Source: the human T2T-CHM13v2.0 reference genome, Homo sapiens
NCBI RefSeq assembly: GCF_009914755.1
Contig: NC_060927.1
DNA length: 64,000 nt
Direction: 5' to 3' (one strand)
Shown one piece after another: positions 1 through 13,893 of the stretch. Under the pieces are notes generated by a model. The model saw only the letters and a list, made by a program, of their open reading frames with translations, was not told the DNA's origin and did not search any database. The first letter of the stretch is position 1, and each line of letters begins with the position of its first letter. The position numbers were made by a program, and so were the translations under genes.

Positions 1-110
1 CATGTTCTCAGGACCTCCTGAGGGCTGTGTCATGGACCATTGGTCACTCATATTTGGCTTAGAATAAATCTCTTCAAATATTTCACAGGGCTTGACTATT
101 TTTGTCAATA
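1..110 (+). mobile_element. 3' end of a MER4-group (ERV1) LTR, cut by the window edge
   Basis: catgttctcaggacctcctgagggctgtgtcatgg...tcactcatatttggcttagaataaatctcttcaaatattt matches the MER4-family LTR 3' part, including the AATAAA. Confidence 0.8.
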
Positions 111-1465
111 AGACAATATTTTCTTAAAACAAACAAACAATGATATAATATATTCCTGAAAATTGTTCATATCTCCATTGGGTAATATGAATTTGGCTCA
201 ATCTTCTTCATGTAGGTAGTTTTTAATGTTTTATTCTATTTAAAACTATTTCTGAAAAAGATAAGATACGTAAAGGAGAAGATATATACAAGAGCTACAT
301 GCAAAGCAAAAATGTAAGCTACGTACAATAAGCTAATAGGAGTCTGTTTCCCTTAAACATTTCATATTCAGTATATGCTAAAATTCTTGGGAGAGATCAT
401 TGAGAAATGAAATGAACCAAGAAGAAAGATTGAATCCTACTACTAAGATAAGCAAATATATCAGAATGAGCATAACTCAATCTTACATGTAATTTTCTCT
501 ATAGGAAACCCTAAAGGGTATTTGTTTCTATCTGAAGATTTTTAGAAAAAATAAATGAAACTGAAAGAAAAAGGAGAGAAGAAATTATTTGATTAAATCT
601 GCTAATATTTTCAAGTGGTTGGTCAGAACTCTTATGCATACATTACATTTATTTTTATCTTATCTCAGGATTAAGTTATACTCTGTGAAATTGAGGATAC
701 ATGTGTGCACTTTTTTGTTGTTTTTGTTTTATTGGACTAATCTGGATAAAAACAGAAGATATCCAGCATTTCTGGCAACTCATCCAGAAATTCTCAGCTT
801 GTTCCATAAGAATAACCTGGATTCCACAAAGAAGCCTATCCTTCATGGTATTAAGTGAGAGTGAATATGTATTTTCATTCTTATGACCTCATCAAGCAAA
901 TTGTAGATAATTGCACTTCAAAACTGAGATTGAATATGTACATACAAACTTAATACAATTTCATATTTCATTCCTGTTTAGTGAAATAGACTTAAACCTT
1001 CTAAAAGAATTTGCAAAAGGTAAATGTGAACATTTTCTATGAATAGGAATGTAATAATATCCATAGATCATTAAATTCACACACACACACAAACTCACAT
1101 ACATACACAAACATTTTTGTGATTTCTTAGCTATTTCTGTAAAACTTTTACTCATCTTTCTGGATCCAACTTTACAAATAATTTCTACACTAAATAGAAA
1201 TTAGCACCCCCAAATTCACATTAGCCTAGGCTTAAAAATTGTCCTACTACAGTCACAGAATAGTATCTCTGGTGTTACCTGCAATCCCATTCCCCATTCA
1301 TGTAAACCAGCTTTATTTTAAATTGATTGGGGGGGGGGTCCTCACTTACATTTTGATCTGTTAGATAAACTATGCTTTCTTTGTGGATCTAGCTCTTCTT
1401 ACTCAGTCTTTTTAAAAGATAGCTCCTATTGTTTCTCCTGTTAAAAAAGAAAAAACAACAATTCT

Positions 1466-1712
1466 GTGAGGCTGAGGAGAGAGAATTGCTTGAGGCCAGC
1501 TGGGAGGCCAGCCTGAGCAACATAGTAAGAGTTCATCTCTATTGAAAAAAAAAATTAGCTGGGTATGATGGTGAGCACCTAAACTCTCAGCTATTCAGGA
1601 GGCTGACGTGGAAAGATAGCTTGACCCCAGGAGTTTCATGTTGCAACGAGCTATGATTGCCCCACTGCGCTCCAGCCTGAGTGTTAGAGCAAGAGCTCAT
1701 ACCAAACAAATA
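1466..1712 (+). mobile_element. AluJ, 5'-truncated and diverged
   Basis: gaggctgagg...ttgcttgaggccag...gcctgagcaacatagtaaga, A-rich linker, right arm gagctatgattgccccactgcgctccagcctg (J-type diagnostics). Confidence 0.9.
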
Positions 1713-3769
1713 GTAATAATAACATATATCATAAGACTTTGTCAATCAAATAAATTACATTTTCTATTTATGCCCTCCAAAATTGATGATATTTTTGAAA
1801 CTCAGATGGGTTGCTAATGCTTCACAGTGGGTGAGTAATCTGTGTGTCCATCTGTGTGAAGGTCACATATATTGGCCATAATTATCCACTAATCCTGCCA
1901 AGACTTTTGGAACCAATGTTAATAAATAGGTATTCAATTTACCTAAAATATTTCTAAAAATACTTTCAATCGTTTTCTCTTAAGTCTCAGGTATAAATTT
2001 AAAGTAAATTGGCCGAAGGATGATGTGACTGACAGATATTTCTGGACTCAGTGTGACTCGTCCCAATCTCAAACATCTCTACCCCTTTGTTTCAATTCTA
2101 TTAATCCTGAGGATTTTAGTTTTTATTGTTTTTGTTTTGTTGGCTTTTTCTTTTTTTTACATAACACTCACCCTAGTAGTATCTTCACCATGCCTTGATT
2201 TGTCTAAAGTTTAAAGTTAAGACTTCTGATACATGCAGGTATAATTATATGCCAAGGAATCATCTCTCACAGACATTTAATAGTGCATCTGTCCAATGTA
2301 ACTAAAACCATTTTCAAGCTATCATATATTCAAATAAGGTTTTGGGTCTGTATTTCACAGATAAACACAATTAACTTCTGACAGTAAATGTTTAACTAAT
2401 TACAATATATCCATCCATGCAAGATAATTGCAATACAAATGTTTAGTAACCAATCTGGTAGCTTTGTTCATAATTAATATTATAAAATTGACATTAAATG
2501 CTTCTATATTACAGACATCAGTATAGAAAAACTTGATGAACACTCAATTATTTAAAGAGTACATTACAATTCTTACTATGTAAAAGCACTTAAATAGAAA
2601 TAATGGGCATGTAAACAAAAGCAAGATGTGAATTTTATATTAAAAACATATTTACTTTCTCTTAATGGCCACACCATTATCAGCATCCATGATTGAGAGA
2701 TATGGCACGTAAATTATTATTTATTTAGGACACTCTTTGTCTGCATAGGATTCAACTGAATGAATTCCAGACAAATGGTTTTAAATAAACCATATGGAGT
2801 TTATAGTTATTTTCCTATGGCTCAAATAATTGCTTATCTCATCTAGTCTCTAACAGTAAGCAATCCAAAATATAATGGCTATATATAATATGTGGCTTCT
2901 TTATACTAGCTGCACATCATAGATCAATCATTTTGGTGGCTGGCTAAGAGTGGTATTTTTTTGTTTCTTTGCGTTAAACATTACCCAATTTCTCCATGTG
3001 CATTTTACAAAGGTAATCATAGATTTTAGAAAGGCAAGATAATGAGCCATTGGTGGAAAGAAAGCATAGGACAAGTTTTATATTTATAATAAATAATATG
3101 ATGCTGTATTCAAATGAGTAAATATAAAAATCAGAAATCTAGAACCTGAGAGGATTTTCAACATCATATTCGGTATCATCATTGTATAGATAAACTAAAA
3201 TAATTTAGTGCTAGATTCAAACTAAGAATTAGTCTTCATAATGGACATTCACAGAGTCACTCTACTTAAGATTCATTGCTGCCTTTCACAATATAATTAA
3301 AGTCTATTATTATAAGCAATAATTAAGAGTATTTATGCTTCTACTTATGTACTAAGATTATTATTGTCCTTGAATTCATAGAAATAAGCTCTAAGATAAT
3401 GCTTTTTTACTTCTTTTTTTTCCATTTGATTGGGTTTAAGGCATATAAAATCACATTTATTCCCATTTTTACAAATATGTGAATTAAACTTTAATTGCAA
3501 GAGAAATTTAAAAATAGATTTATATAAGAAAAAGTCACATTTATATTATTGGTTATGTGCTTATTCTTTAGATTTAAAAATGTGATTTCATATTTAACCT
3601 ATTTCATTGCCTCACTGTAATGCAAAGATAATGATGTTCATATGTTCACAATATATTTTTAACTAAGTAATGTTTGTTCTTGAAAATTTTGAAAATAATT
3701 AGCAATATAGTTTTCATTCTAATATCAAGGTGATTAGCTTGATAAGGAAATTTATATGATATTGAAATC

Positions 3770-4146
3770 TATACTAGTCGATTCTCACTCTGAGATAAAG
3801 AACTGCCTGAGACTGGGTAATATATAAAGGAAAGGGGTTTAATTGACTTTCAGTTCCGCAGGGCTGGGGAGGCCTCAGGAAACTTACAATCATGGTGTAA
3901 GGGGAAGCAAACATGTCCTTCTTCACATGGCAGCAGGATGGAGAGATGCAGAGTGAACAGGGGAAGCCCCTTATGAAACCATCAAGTCTCGTGAGAACTC
4001 ACCCACTGTCGTGAGAACAGCCTGGAGGAACTCCCTCCATAATCTAATCACCTCCCATGAGGTCCCTCCCCCAACACATGGGGATTACAATTTGGATTAA
4101 AATTCAAAATTAGATTTGAGTTTGGACAAAGAGCCAGACCTTATCA
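3770..4146 (-). mobile_element. THE1 (ERVL-MaLR) solo LTR, THE1C/D-like
   Basis: gagactgggtaa...ggctggggaggcctcaggaaacttacaatcatgg...agccagaccttatca; 5-bp TSD aaatc (3765-3769) / atatc (4147-4151). Confidence 0.92.
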
Positions 4147-4158
4147 ATATCACTAAAT

Positions 4159-4467
4159 AATAATAATGTAATTATTATTATTATTTTGAGACTAAGTCTC
4201 CGTCTGTTGCCCAGGTGGAGTGCAATGGTGCGATCTCGGCTCACTGCAACCTCAGCATCCTTGGTTCAAGTGATTCTCTCAACTTAGTCTCCCGAGTAGC
4301 TGGGATTAGAGGCACACACCACCATGTCTGGCTAATTTTTGTATTTTTGGTAGAAACGGGGTTTTACCATGTTGGCCAGGCTGGTCTGGAAATCCTGACC
4401 TTGGGTGATATGCCTGCCTAGGCCTCCCAAAGTGCTGGGATTAGAGGCGTGAGCCACTGCCCCAGGC
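4159..4467 (-). mobile_element. AluS, full length
   Basis: Reverse Alu with an (att)n tail; TSD aatatcactaaat (4146-4158) / aatattactaaat (4468-4480). Confidence 0.95.
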
Positions 4468-4562
4468 AATATTACTAAATTATATACTGAATTAAAATAT
4501 GTAATAATTTTTCTACAGCAAGAGCAAACTAAGACATTGGCTTAAAAAATAAAATCAGACTA

Positions 4563-4857
<295 letters not shown>

Positions 4858-6359
4858 TCAGACTACAGGAGCTCCAATAACATTTTTATTCATTTGATAT
4901 TTACCTACTCTGAAATCATTTTGGACCATGCTATATTTAAGTTTACATGATTTTCTTAAATATGTGGCCTCTAATTTTACATATCTGAAAATTAAAGGTA
5001 GAAAAAATTCATTTCTTCTTGCTTATATGCTCTTTACATTAGTAAATAAATGTACTCCAAAATATACCTTTGTTAACATATTTTTAATCTTTCTGAGAAG
5101 GCCAAAAATATATCCAGGAAGATGCATTGAGCTGTAGTTGGTGCCAGGTGCCTTCTTTTGGGGAAAGTAGTCAAAAAACGTAATTAAATAATAATAACCT
5201 GGAAAAGAAAGTGTTTCTATTGCTCACGGAATAAGCAATATTATTCTGCAGTGGGTTACACTTTATTGCCTGAATGAGAGACACTCTTTTCTGTTAGTTA
5301 TAGAGCACATTCTCTGTTGGTTACACTGACCACAGAAGTAGACCAGGAAAATTAATCAATGTTATAATTATGTGTCAAACAACTACTACAAATTCTGCAA
5401 TATACCCACAATTACCTTAATTGATCTCCAGAAATTAAAGTTTAAGTAAGCCTTCGTTGTGGTAAAACTATTCACTGTATCGCTTTGACAGTTAGAAACT
5501 ATATTTTTTGCATTACCCTTAGAAACAACAAACATAAAATGCAATGATATAAATCACTTGAAATATAGTTTCATGGATTATATTTATCAACAAAATTGTA
5601 AACATGAGTTTTCAAAGTTAAGAACTCTATTTTCAGGTTAGCTTAAGGGTAGATATTGTTATCTGAGAGATTTATATTAAAACAGTATTAGACATCGTAT
5701 ATATGTGATAAATACACCATAAAACAAAGCAGTTCTCTTTAATATTAAGAAATATTTACACCTTAATGATATTCAGAATCTATTATTGCAAAATAATTTA
5801 GACAATATGCTTTCAACTACAGAGTTAATTAACTCTTAATTATATTTATTTCTGTATAATATGTGATACCTTTTATTATAAAAGCAAGTTAATGTAATTT
5901 TTATGTATATGAACAGTTAGATCCCAAGTATATATTCCAGTTTAATTTTTAATAATTGTGAACTTTAAATCTACTTTATCTTACTTTATTAACATAGTTA
6001 TTTGTTATTATCTGCTTATAAATAAGTCTCTGTGCTTTGCATTCTTTATCTCTAATTTTCACATTTCCTTTCTTTTTTTACTCTTATTTTATATTTACTT
6101 ATTTATTTATGTATTTTTCACATATTTGTATAAAATATATTCTGACCCCTTCTAAAACTCACCATGGAATATGTCATATAATACAAAAGAGGTATAATTT
6201 GAAGTTGAAGATGATAAGCACAATTAGGGTGATTTGTTAAAAGCACTATATGAATACAGATAGGAAGATAGATCATTCATTCTCACTTTGCAGAGATAAG
6301 GGAAATCTTCAGTCACAGAGTGAGTGGCATTTGAATAAGATTTTAAAGGTTCTGGAGCT

Positions 6360-6515
6360 ATGACCACATTATATAAGTATTTAATTTTCACAACATTTTC
6401 TAAGTGATTTCATTTGTGGAAGATGAGGCTTAGATTAAGTAACACGAAGCTGATACTTGAAAGACTGCTGTGTTGAAAGCAGGTCTGTTTGAATATACCA
6501 TGCTCTTTAAACTTC
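6360..6515 (-). mobile_element. MIR fragment (with a probable L2 fragment just upstream)
   Basis: atttaattttcacaac...gaagatgaggcttagattaagtaac...caggtctgtttga...catgctcttt resembles the reverse MIR core. Confidence 0.55.
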
Positions 6516-7562
6516 ATTATAGAAACATTTTCTCAGACTAGTACATTGGTGTTTTATGATTTCCAATAGCATAACAAATATTTTAGTTATAGATGCCATA
6601 ACTAATGTGGTAGTTCAAGATATTACTGCTAAAGGTCATCAGAAATATTTCTAAACACAATTTATCGCATTTCATAAAGACTATGGGAACCTTAAACTGG
6701 ACGGCGTATGCCTTAAAGTATAATATCTGCAAACTGTAAATCCCTTTTTTTAAACAAATAGGAGTTGTGTCCTAAAAGGGATGGTAAATCATAAACAAAA
6801 CAATAAATTAACTATATAAGAAAGCAGAGACCATACTCTTGACATTGGAAGTGATTACCATATTACAAAAACACTGACATGATGTGTGGTTTCCTTAATT
6901 TAGCTGTTCCATGCATCTCTCTCTTATGTAATGAATTATTAATATATTTAATTATATATTTTGATAATATAGTATTACAGTAAAATAAATGAAGATCAAA
7001 ACCATAATTACTTGTATAGTAAATTATATTACAATTTATTTCTGGCATTATTTACATCTCATATTAGTTTTCTTTTTTACTGTTTGCCTATAAAATAATT
7101 GTATAATTAATAATTATAGGAGTTGACAATTTAATTTTACTCTGAGGCAATTTACATATGAATCAATTCAATAGAGGCAACATTTATAATATACATGTAA
7201 CATTACATATAAACATTTGGCAATATCTCTTAATGACCAGTAAATTTAAATGAATGATCATATTTAATTAAATTTTTCTCATTTTCTAAAGAGTTTAGTA
7301 GAGTGGAAAATGCTTACATTTCCCATAGTGTAAATATAAGCCATAAAAAAATTAACTTGAACTAAAAGCTAAACAAAACAAAATCTTCAAATATTTTGCT
7401 GAACATCGAAAAAATTGCTTTCTGAAGCTGCAGTTGCTCATATTTTTCAGTGGATACCCTTTTTCAAGTTATAAATACAAAAACAGCATCTAAGGGTTAA
7501 ATTCTAGATATTTACTCTTATTTGATCTCATATTTTTCACTTTGAAAGTATAATACTGTTTT

Positions 7563-10073
7563 TTTCATGATAAAACTATCAACAAATTAGATATAGAAGG
7601 AATGTATTTCAATGTAATAAAGGCCGTATGTCACAAGCCTATAGCTAACATCATACTCAATAGTGGAAAGTTGAAAGTTTTTTCTCTAAGATCAGGAGTA
7701 AGACAAGGATGTTCACTCTTGCCACTTGTATTCAACACCATACTTGAAGTCCTAGCTAAAGTAAAGGCAAGCTAAATAAAAGACATCCAAATTGGAAAGG
7801 AAGAAGTTAAATTGTTCCTGTTGGAAGACAACATTGTTTTGTGTATAGAAAACCCTAAGACACCATCAAAAAACTATTAGAACTAATAAATGAATTCAGT
7901 AAAGTTGCAGGATAGAAAATCAATATACAAAAATCAGTAGCATTCCTATACACTAATAATGAACTATCTGCAAAAGTTAAGAAAACAATCCCATTCATAA
8001 TATATTCCAAAATAAATAAATAAAACACTTAAAAATAAACTTAGTTGAGAAAGACCTGTACAATGAAAAGTATATAGCATTGATAAAAAAAATTGAATAA
8101 GACACAAATAAGTGTAAAGATAGCTCATGCTTATGAATTGGAACACATAATATTGTTAAAATGTCCATACTATCCAAAACAATATGCAGATTCAATGCAG
8201 TCCATATAAAAATACCAATGGCATTCTTTATGGAAATAGAAAACACAATTCTAAAATTTGTATAGAACTTCAAAGCCCCCAAAATAGCCAAAGCAATCTT
8301 AAGCAAAAAGAACAATGCTAGAGGCATCACACCACCTGACTTCAAAATATAACATGAAGCTATAGTAATCAAATCAGTGTGGCAGTATCATAAAAACAGA
8401 CACGTAAACCAAAGGAACAGGATAGAGAGCCCAAAAATAAACCCAGACTTATACAATCAACTCATTAGAGACAAAAGTGTCAAGAAAACACAATGGGGAG
8501 AAGACAGACTCTTCAATAAATGATGTTGAAATAACTCGATCACATACAGAAAAATGAAATGAGATCCTTACCTCACATGATATAAAAAAAATCAAAAAAA
8601 TGGCTTAAAGACTTAAGACTTGAAACCATAAATTTGTTCAAAGAAAATATAGGGCAAAACTCCATGACATTGGTCTGGGCAATTAATTCTTGGATAGGAA
8701 CCCAAAAGCATTGAGAACAAAGGCAAAAATAGATATTGAGATTATATCAAACTAAAAAGCTTCTGCACACTATGAAAATATCAACAGAGGCAGGTGCAGT
8801 GGCTCACACCTGTGATCCCAGTGTTTTGGGTGGCCAAGGTGGGAGGATCGCTTGAGCCTAGGAGTTCAAGACCAGCCTGGAGTACACGGCAACACTCCAT
8901 CCCTACAAATAATAATAATTAAAAAAAATTGGCCAGGTGTGATGGCATGTGCCTGTGTTCCCAGCTACTCAGGAGACTCACGCAGGAGGATGGCTTGAGC
9001 CCAGAAGGTCAAGCCTGCAGTGAGGCATGCTCATGCCACTACACTCCAGCCTAGGTGACAGAGCAAGACCTTGTCTTAAATAAATTAATTAATACATAAA
9101 TAAAAGTAAAGAGAATATCAACAGAAAATATACTGAATGGGTGAAACTATAAATTATACATCTGATAAGGGGTTAATATCCAAAAATATATAAAAAACTC
9201 AAGCAACTCAATAGCAAGAAAACAAATAACCTGTTTTTAAAAATTGGCAAAGGACCTGAATAGACATTTTTCAGAAGACATACAAATGGCCAACAGGTAC
9301 ATGAAAAAATGCTCATCATCACTAATCAAAAGAGAAATGTGAATTAAAATTACAGTAAGATGTCATGTCATACTTCATATAATGGCTATAATAAAAAAGA
9401 CAATAAATATGGGTGAAGATGTGGAGAAAAGGGAAGTCTTGCACACTGTAGTGATCATGTAAATTAGTATAGCCCTTATGAAAAACAGCATCAAAGTTCA
9501 TCAAAAAATTAAAAATAGAATTACTATATAACTAAACAATCCCACTACTGAGTATATATCTAAAAGAAGTAAAATTGTTATCTTGAACTAAACCAAAATG
9601 AGATGTATATCTGCACTCCAGTGTTAATTGCAATAGTTAAGATATAGAATTAACAAATTAATCAATAAAGAAAACGTGGTATACATACACAATGGAATAC
9701 TCTTCAGCCTTAAATAAAAAGAAAAATTCTGTGATTTGCAACAACGTGGATGAACCTAAAAAACATTATGTTAAATAAAATAAGCAAGGCACAGAAAGAC
9801 AAATACCACATATTCTCATTTATATGTGGAATTTAGGAGTTGAACTCAACAATATAAACTAAAATGGTGATTATTATGGATGGGGGTTGAGGGAAACATG
9901 CTGGTCAAAGGATTCAAAATTTCATTTAGATAAAAGACATAAGTTTATGAAATCTATCTTACAACATGGTGACTGTTATGTATCTCAATATAGCCATGCC
10001 ACCATATTTCAAAACAACATATACAAAAATTATACAATTTTTGTCAATAAATTCTAAACTACTTTCAAAAAAT
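7563..10073 (+). mobile_element. 5'-truncated L1MA (ORF2 3' half plus 3'UTR), interrupted by an AluJ
   Basis: Degenerate ORF2 RT and C-terminal sequence (aagacaaggatgttcactcttgccactt; agaaaaccctaagacacc), L1MA-type 3'UTR; probable old TSD aaagtataatactgtttt (7545-7562) / aaagaataacattatttt (10074-10091), 14/18 identical. Confidence 0.9.
8789..9110 (+). mobile_element. AluJ nested in L1MA
   Basis: gggaggatcgcttgagcctaggagttcaagacc (J diagnostic); TSD gaaaatatcaacaga (8774-8788) / gagaatatcaacaga (9111-9125). Confidence 0.95.
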
Positions 10074-11684
10074 AAAGAATAACATTATTTTGTATACAGT
10101 AAATATTCAATAAACTGAAAGACATGTTGATAAATAAGTGAGTTATCAGAGATACAAGAGGAAAAATACTATGTTATTTGAAACACAGGGATTTGAGATA
10201 TAGTAAGCAACATAATTCTCTGCCTATTCCAGATACCTTACTGTAAATAAACATAAAGCATATTTTTAAAATAATGAGAATATGAAGGTCAATTCCACTT
10301 TAAAAATACCAGAATCTAATGACACAAAATAAATGTTCTAATTTCAGTGTAACACTGCATTATGCTTGTAAACTGTGTGCTCTATAGACAATAGATAAAA
10401 ACATTTTTCTTTTAATTCTAAATATTTAACTTAAAGAAGTCATGCTTGAATTTTTTACCACTAGATTGTCAAACCTTTATGCATTTCTGTAATCATCTTC
10501 TGAGATGGACCTCTTCAGAGTGGTCATTAGAATGATGGCTATAGTCTTCTGATAGGAACCAGACAAATTTCTTTGGTTTGGCTAAATTCAGCAGGAGATG
10601 CTAGCTGTTTCTTAAAAAGTAGCAGAAGATGATAAAGACTCTCCTTACAGTGTTTACTTACTGTGATTTTCACTGACACCTCCATTGCAATAGCTCTTGA
10701 GCTATCAACTCTAGCGCAGGTCTCTGTAAAGCCTTCAGCTCATGATGAATCTGGGGCCTAGAAAGTGAGGTAAGAGGATAAAGTTTAATGAGGAATGGCT
10801 AAGATTGTTTGCTTCCTTCTTTTTTATCATGTCTGAAGACAGAAGTCAGTAAATGAGAATTATAACATGAATGACATGAGAGACATAGAGATGAATCCTA
10901 TCTAATTTGAGGTAGAAACAGATATTAAAAATATCTTATGAACTAAGGTATGGAAATGAATATCTAATTAAGTATTATGATTGATCATTAGAGAAAACAG
11001 TAGAAATATGGCTTTACATTTCTCTGTTACTAGGAGTAATTACAAGTGTAAAGCTTTTAACAAAGGTGTTGTTTGTAAACACTTATTAAAATATCAGAAT
11101 GAAATAAGTTTATGCCTTTGAATTCAGAAATTTCAATAATTTATGGTAACTGGAGAGAGAGTTTCAAGGAAGTTCCAATGTAAGGAATGCCCCTCAGAAT
11201 AGAAACAAGCCTTGGGAATCTCCCGGAAGTGAGTTTGACAGCAATTGAACAAGTTATAGTATTTAAGAAATCCATTGAAAACATACGTGATTAAAAGCTT
11301 TGCTAAATATTGTTAATAATCAAATACAGGATGACTTTTTACCTTAAAATGTCATTTTTTTTCAAACAACATATGTCTATGCTCTAATTTTTATTTAAGG
11401 CTTATTTAATTAAATTATGCTATCTTTGGTCTAAAATGAGTCACTTATATGTATAATTGGAAAGTAAGCTAGATAAAATGATTATATTACTTCAGGACAG
11501 ACAACCACCTGATGGCATGTACATGAAATGTTTTAATAAATACCTAAAGGAAAGGTCTAAAATCCAAAAGCCTATAGGCATTAATGCCCTTATGCTAGTG
11601 TCATGTGTTTCCATATATTAAATCTACTCACATTATATATATTTCCCACATTTGATGAATCATGATGCCCCCCCTTTTGTTTTT

Positions 11685-11845
11685 TACTACTAGGTTGCCA
11701 GTTTATTATAAATAAATACAAATTAGGAACCACCAGATGGGAGAGATGCATAGGGAAATGTATGTGGGAAGGAGCTAAGAACATCTATGCTCTCAGGCAC
11801 CCCCACTTCACAGCACTTCAATGCATTCACCAGCCTGGAATCACG
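11685..11845 (-). mobile_element. MER21 (ERVL LTR) fragment
   Basis: ttgccagtttattataaa...aggaaccaccagatgggagagatgcatagggaaatgtatgtgggaaggagct resembles MER21B/C; AATAAA lies on the minus strand. Confidence 0.75.
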
Positions 11846-13533
11846 ATGAACTTTTGAACTTTATTACCATGCATACTCTCAGGTCATTTTCATAAAAAAT
11901 ACATTACAAAATACTTGGTTACAGAAATATTTACGAAAGTATAACTGTACAAATGTAATCTGAAGCTACACCTTCTTTTATTTAATGGTGTTTCCATAAA
12001 ATTTTGTTAGTATGAAATGACAGAAGTTAAAATCATGCATAATTAAAACTTTGAACCAAAAGATTATATAGACTTGACTGATCAAATACAAAATAAATTG
12101 GCATAGGTAGAACTAAATAACAGCCTAATAAGCAAAAAACACATTTCTAACTGAATATGTGGTAGTTTGATATCATTGTGGTCACAAAATGAACATTTTT
12201 TTATATCTGATTACCTACATTATAAGTATTGTTTTCATTATTCTTATAATCCTCTATGGCTCATAATAGATCATGTTTTCTATTAGAAATATAATATTTT
12301 ATATTAATAACTTTTGAAAAACAGGTAATAACATTAAAATATTTGAAAATAAGTGCATATTTGTTTGAGGAAACCGAGCTATTTCCTACTAGCTATATTC
12401 CCAAAATCAAAGACATCATATTGAAATTCCCTTTGTATGTTATAAATTTAGCACATACTGTTCATGTAGCTGTGAATATTTTTACAGCCTTATATTATCA
12501 GAAGTAAAATAACTTGAATTAATATTATTGTCCAAATGATGATACAAATGTCATATATATGTGTATATATAATATATAATATTTATGTATCTATTAAAGA
12601 AATTAAATGGAGACTCTTAAAGCCTGAAAAACAGTAAGAACAATATTTGACCTAATATCTGATAATCCTGAGGAAATTAAGAAATACAAAGAAAAATTAA
12701 AATTGGGTAGTTGATGAAGAAACCACTTACCAATGAGATCAAATACTTAGATATCATGTATTGAAGGTATATAAGTGTAAACTTTTATATTTTCAGCCAA
12801 TAATCCAGATGAAGATTGTGATATAGGTAGATAAAACAATAGCATTTCATAATACTCCATATATGAAATGCAGAAGAATGTTAAAGCAATGTTGTGTTTA
12901 TAAGCAGAAAGAATATTAAGACAATAGTGAGCTTACAAGCCCAAAACTTGAGGGAGCTTAGAACCATCTGCTAAGGAAACACATACAATAAGATAAAAAA
13001 AAATTTGCAGAGATTAATTTTTATTATAGATAATGCATCAATGAATGTTGTCTATACCATCTTGGCATTCTAATCAGAACATTTTGCAAAGATCTAATTA
13101 GAAAATAATTTTAAACATCTCATCTAAGTTATCAACACAATCTACATTGGATGGATATTTTGAACACTATGACATCTCAAACTCCCCTCTCCCTCACAAC
13201 AAAATAATTCTATTGAGATTCTCAAACCACTTTTGAACTTGATGTTTCTATAGTCATAGAGCAGTTCTAAGTACTTGATAGGATTTTGATGATATAGAAG
13301 CCACAGAAAGTAAGAAATAAAGATCCCAATTATTGAATTCATAGAACTTATAAAATTGATGCTGGTTGATTTAACTTAATAAAAATTGTAAAATAGATAA
13401 AAAATTATAAACTATGCATTGTTCTTATTTACTGGTCTCCATCTCTTCCTGCTCTGCCTTTCCCTTTTCGCTGTCACATCCCATTCCTTAGGCCAGTCTA
13501 CTTGTAATTTTCAGATCTATATCATTTACCCCA

Positions 13534-13893
13534 TGCTATGGTCAAAATGTTGTGTCCTCCTGAAACATATATGTTAAAATTCTAATCGCAAATTGATGGA
13601 AATAGGAGGTAGAGTCTTTGGGAAATAATCAGGTCAAAAAGTGTTGCCCTCGTAAATGGGATTAGTGCCCTTATAAAAGAGACCCCAGAGATCTCTCACC
13701 TTTTCCACCATGTCAGGACACAGCTAAAAAAATGGCCATCTATGAACCAGGAAGTGGGCCCTCACCAGACACTAAATTTGTAAGTGCCTGGATCTTGGAC
13801 TTCTCAGCCTCCAGAACTTTGAGAAATAATCTATTTTTCACAAGCCACTTAGTTTATGATAGTTTCGTTAAAACAACTTTAACATGTTAAGAA
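13534..13893 (+). mobile_element. MLT1A0-like MaLR solo LTR
   Basis: tgctatgg...aatgggattagtgcccttataaaagagaccccagag...gatcttggacttctcagcctccagaact; TSD cccca (13529-13533 / 13894-13898). Confidence 0.9.

Noticed and set aside
1329-1338. G10 run as a G-quadruplex or regulatory site
   Set aside because: A single homopolymer too short for a three-tier intramolecular G4; only a mononucleotide repeat
7995-8372. 125-aa hydrophobic minus-strand ORF resembling a membrane protein
   Set aside because: Antisense reading of A-rich L1MA ORF2; the same applies to 25994-26314 and 48487-48771
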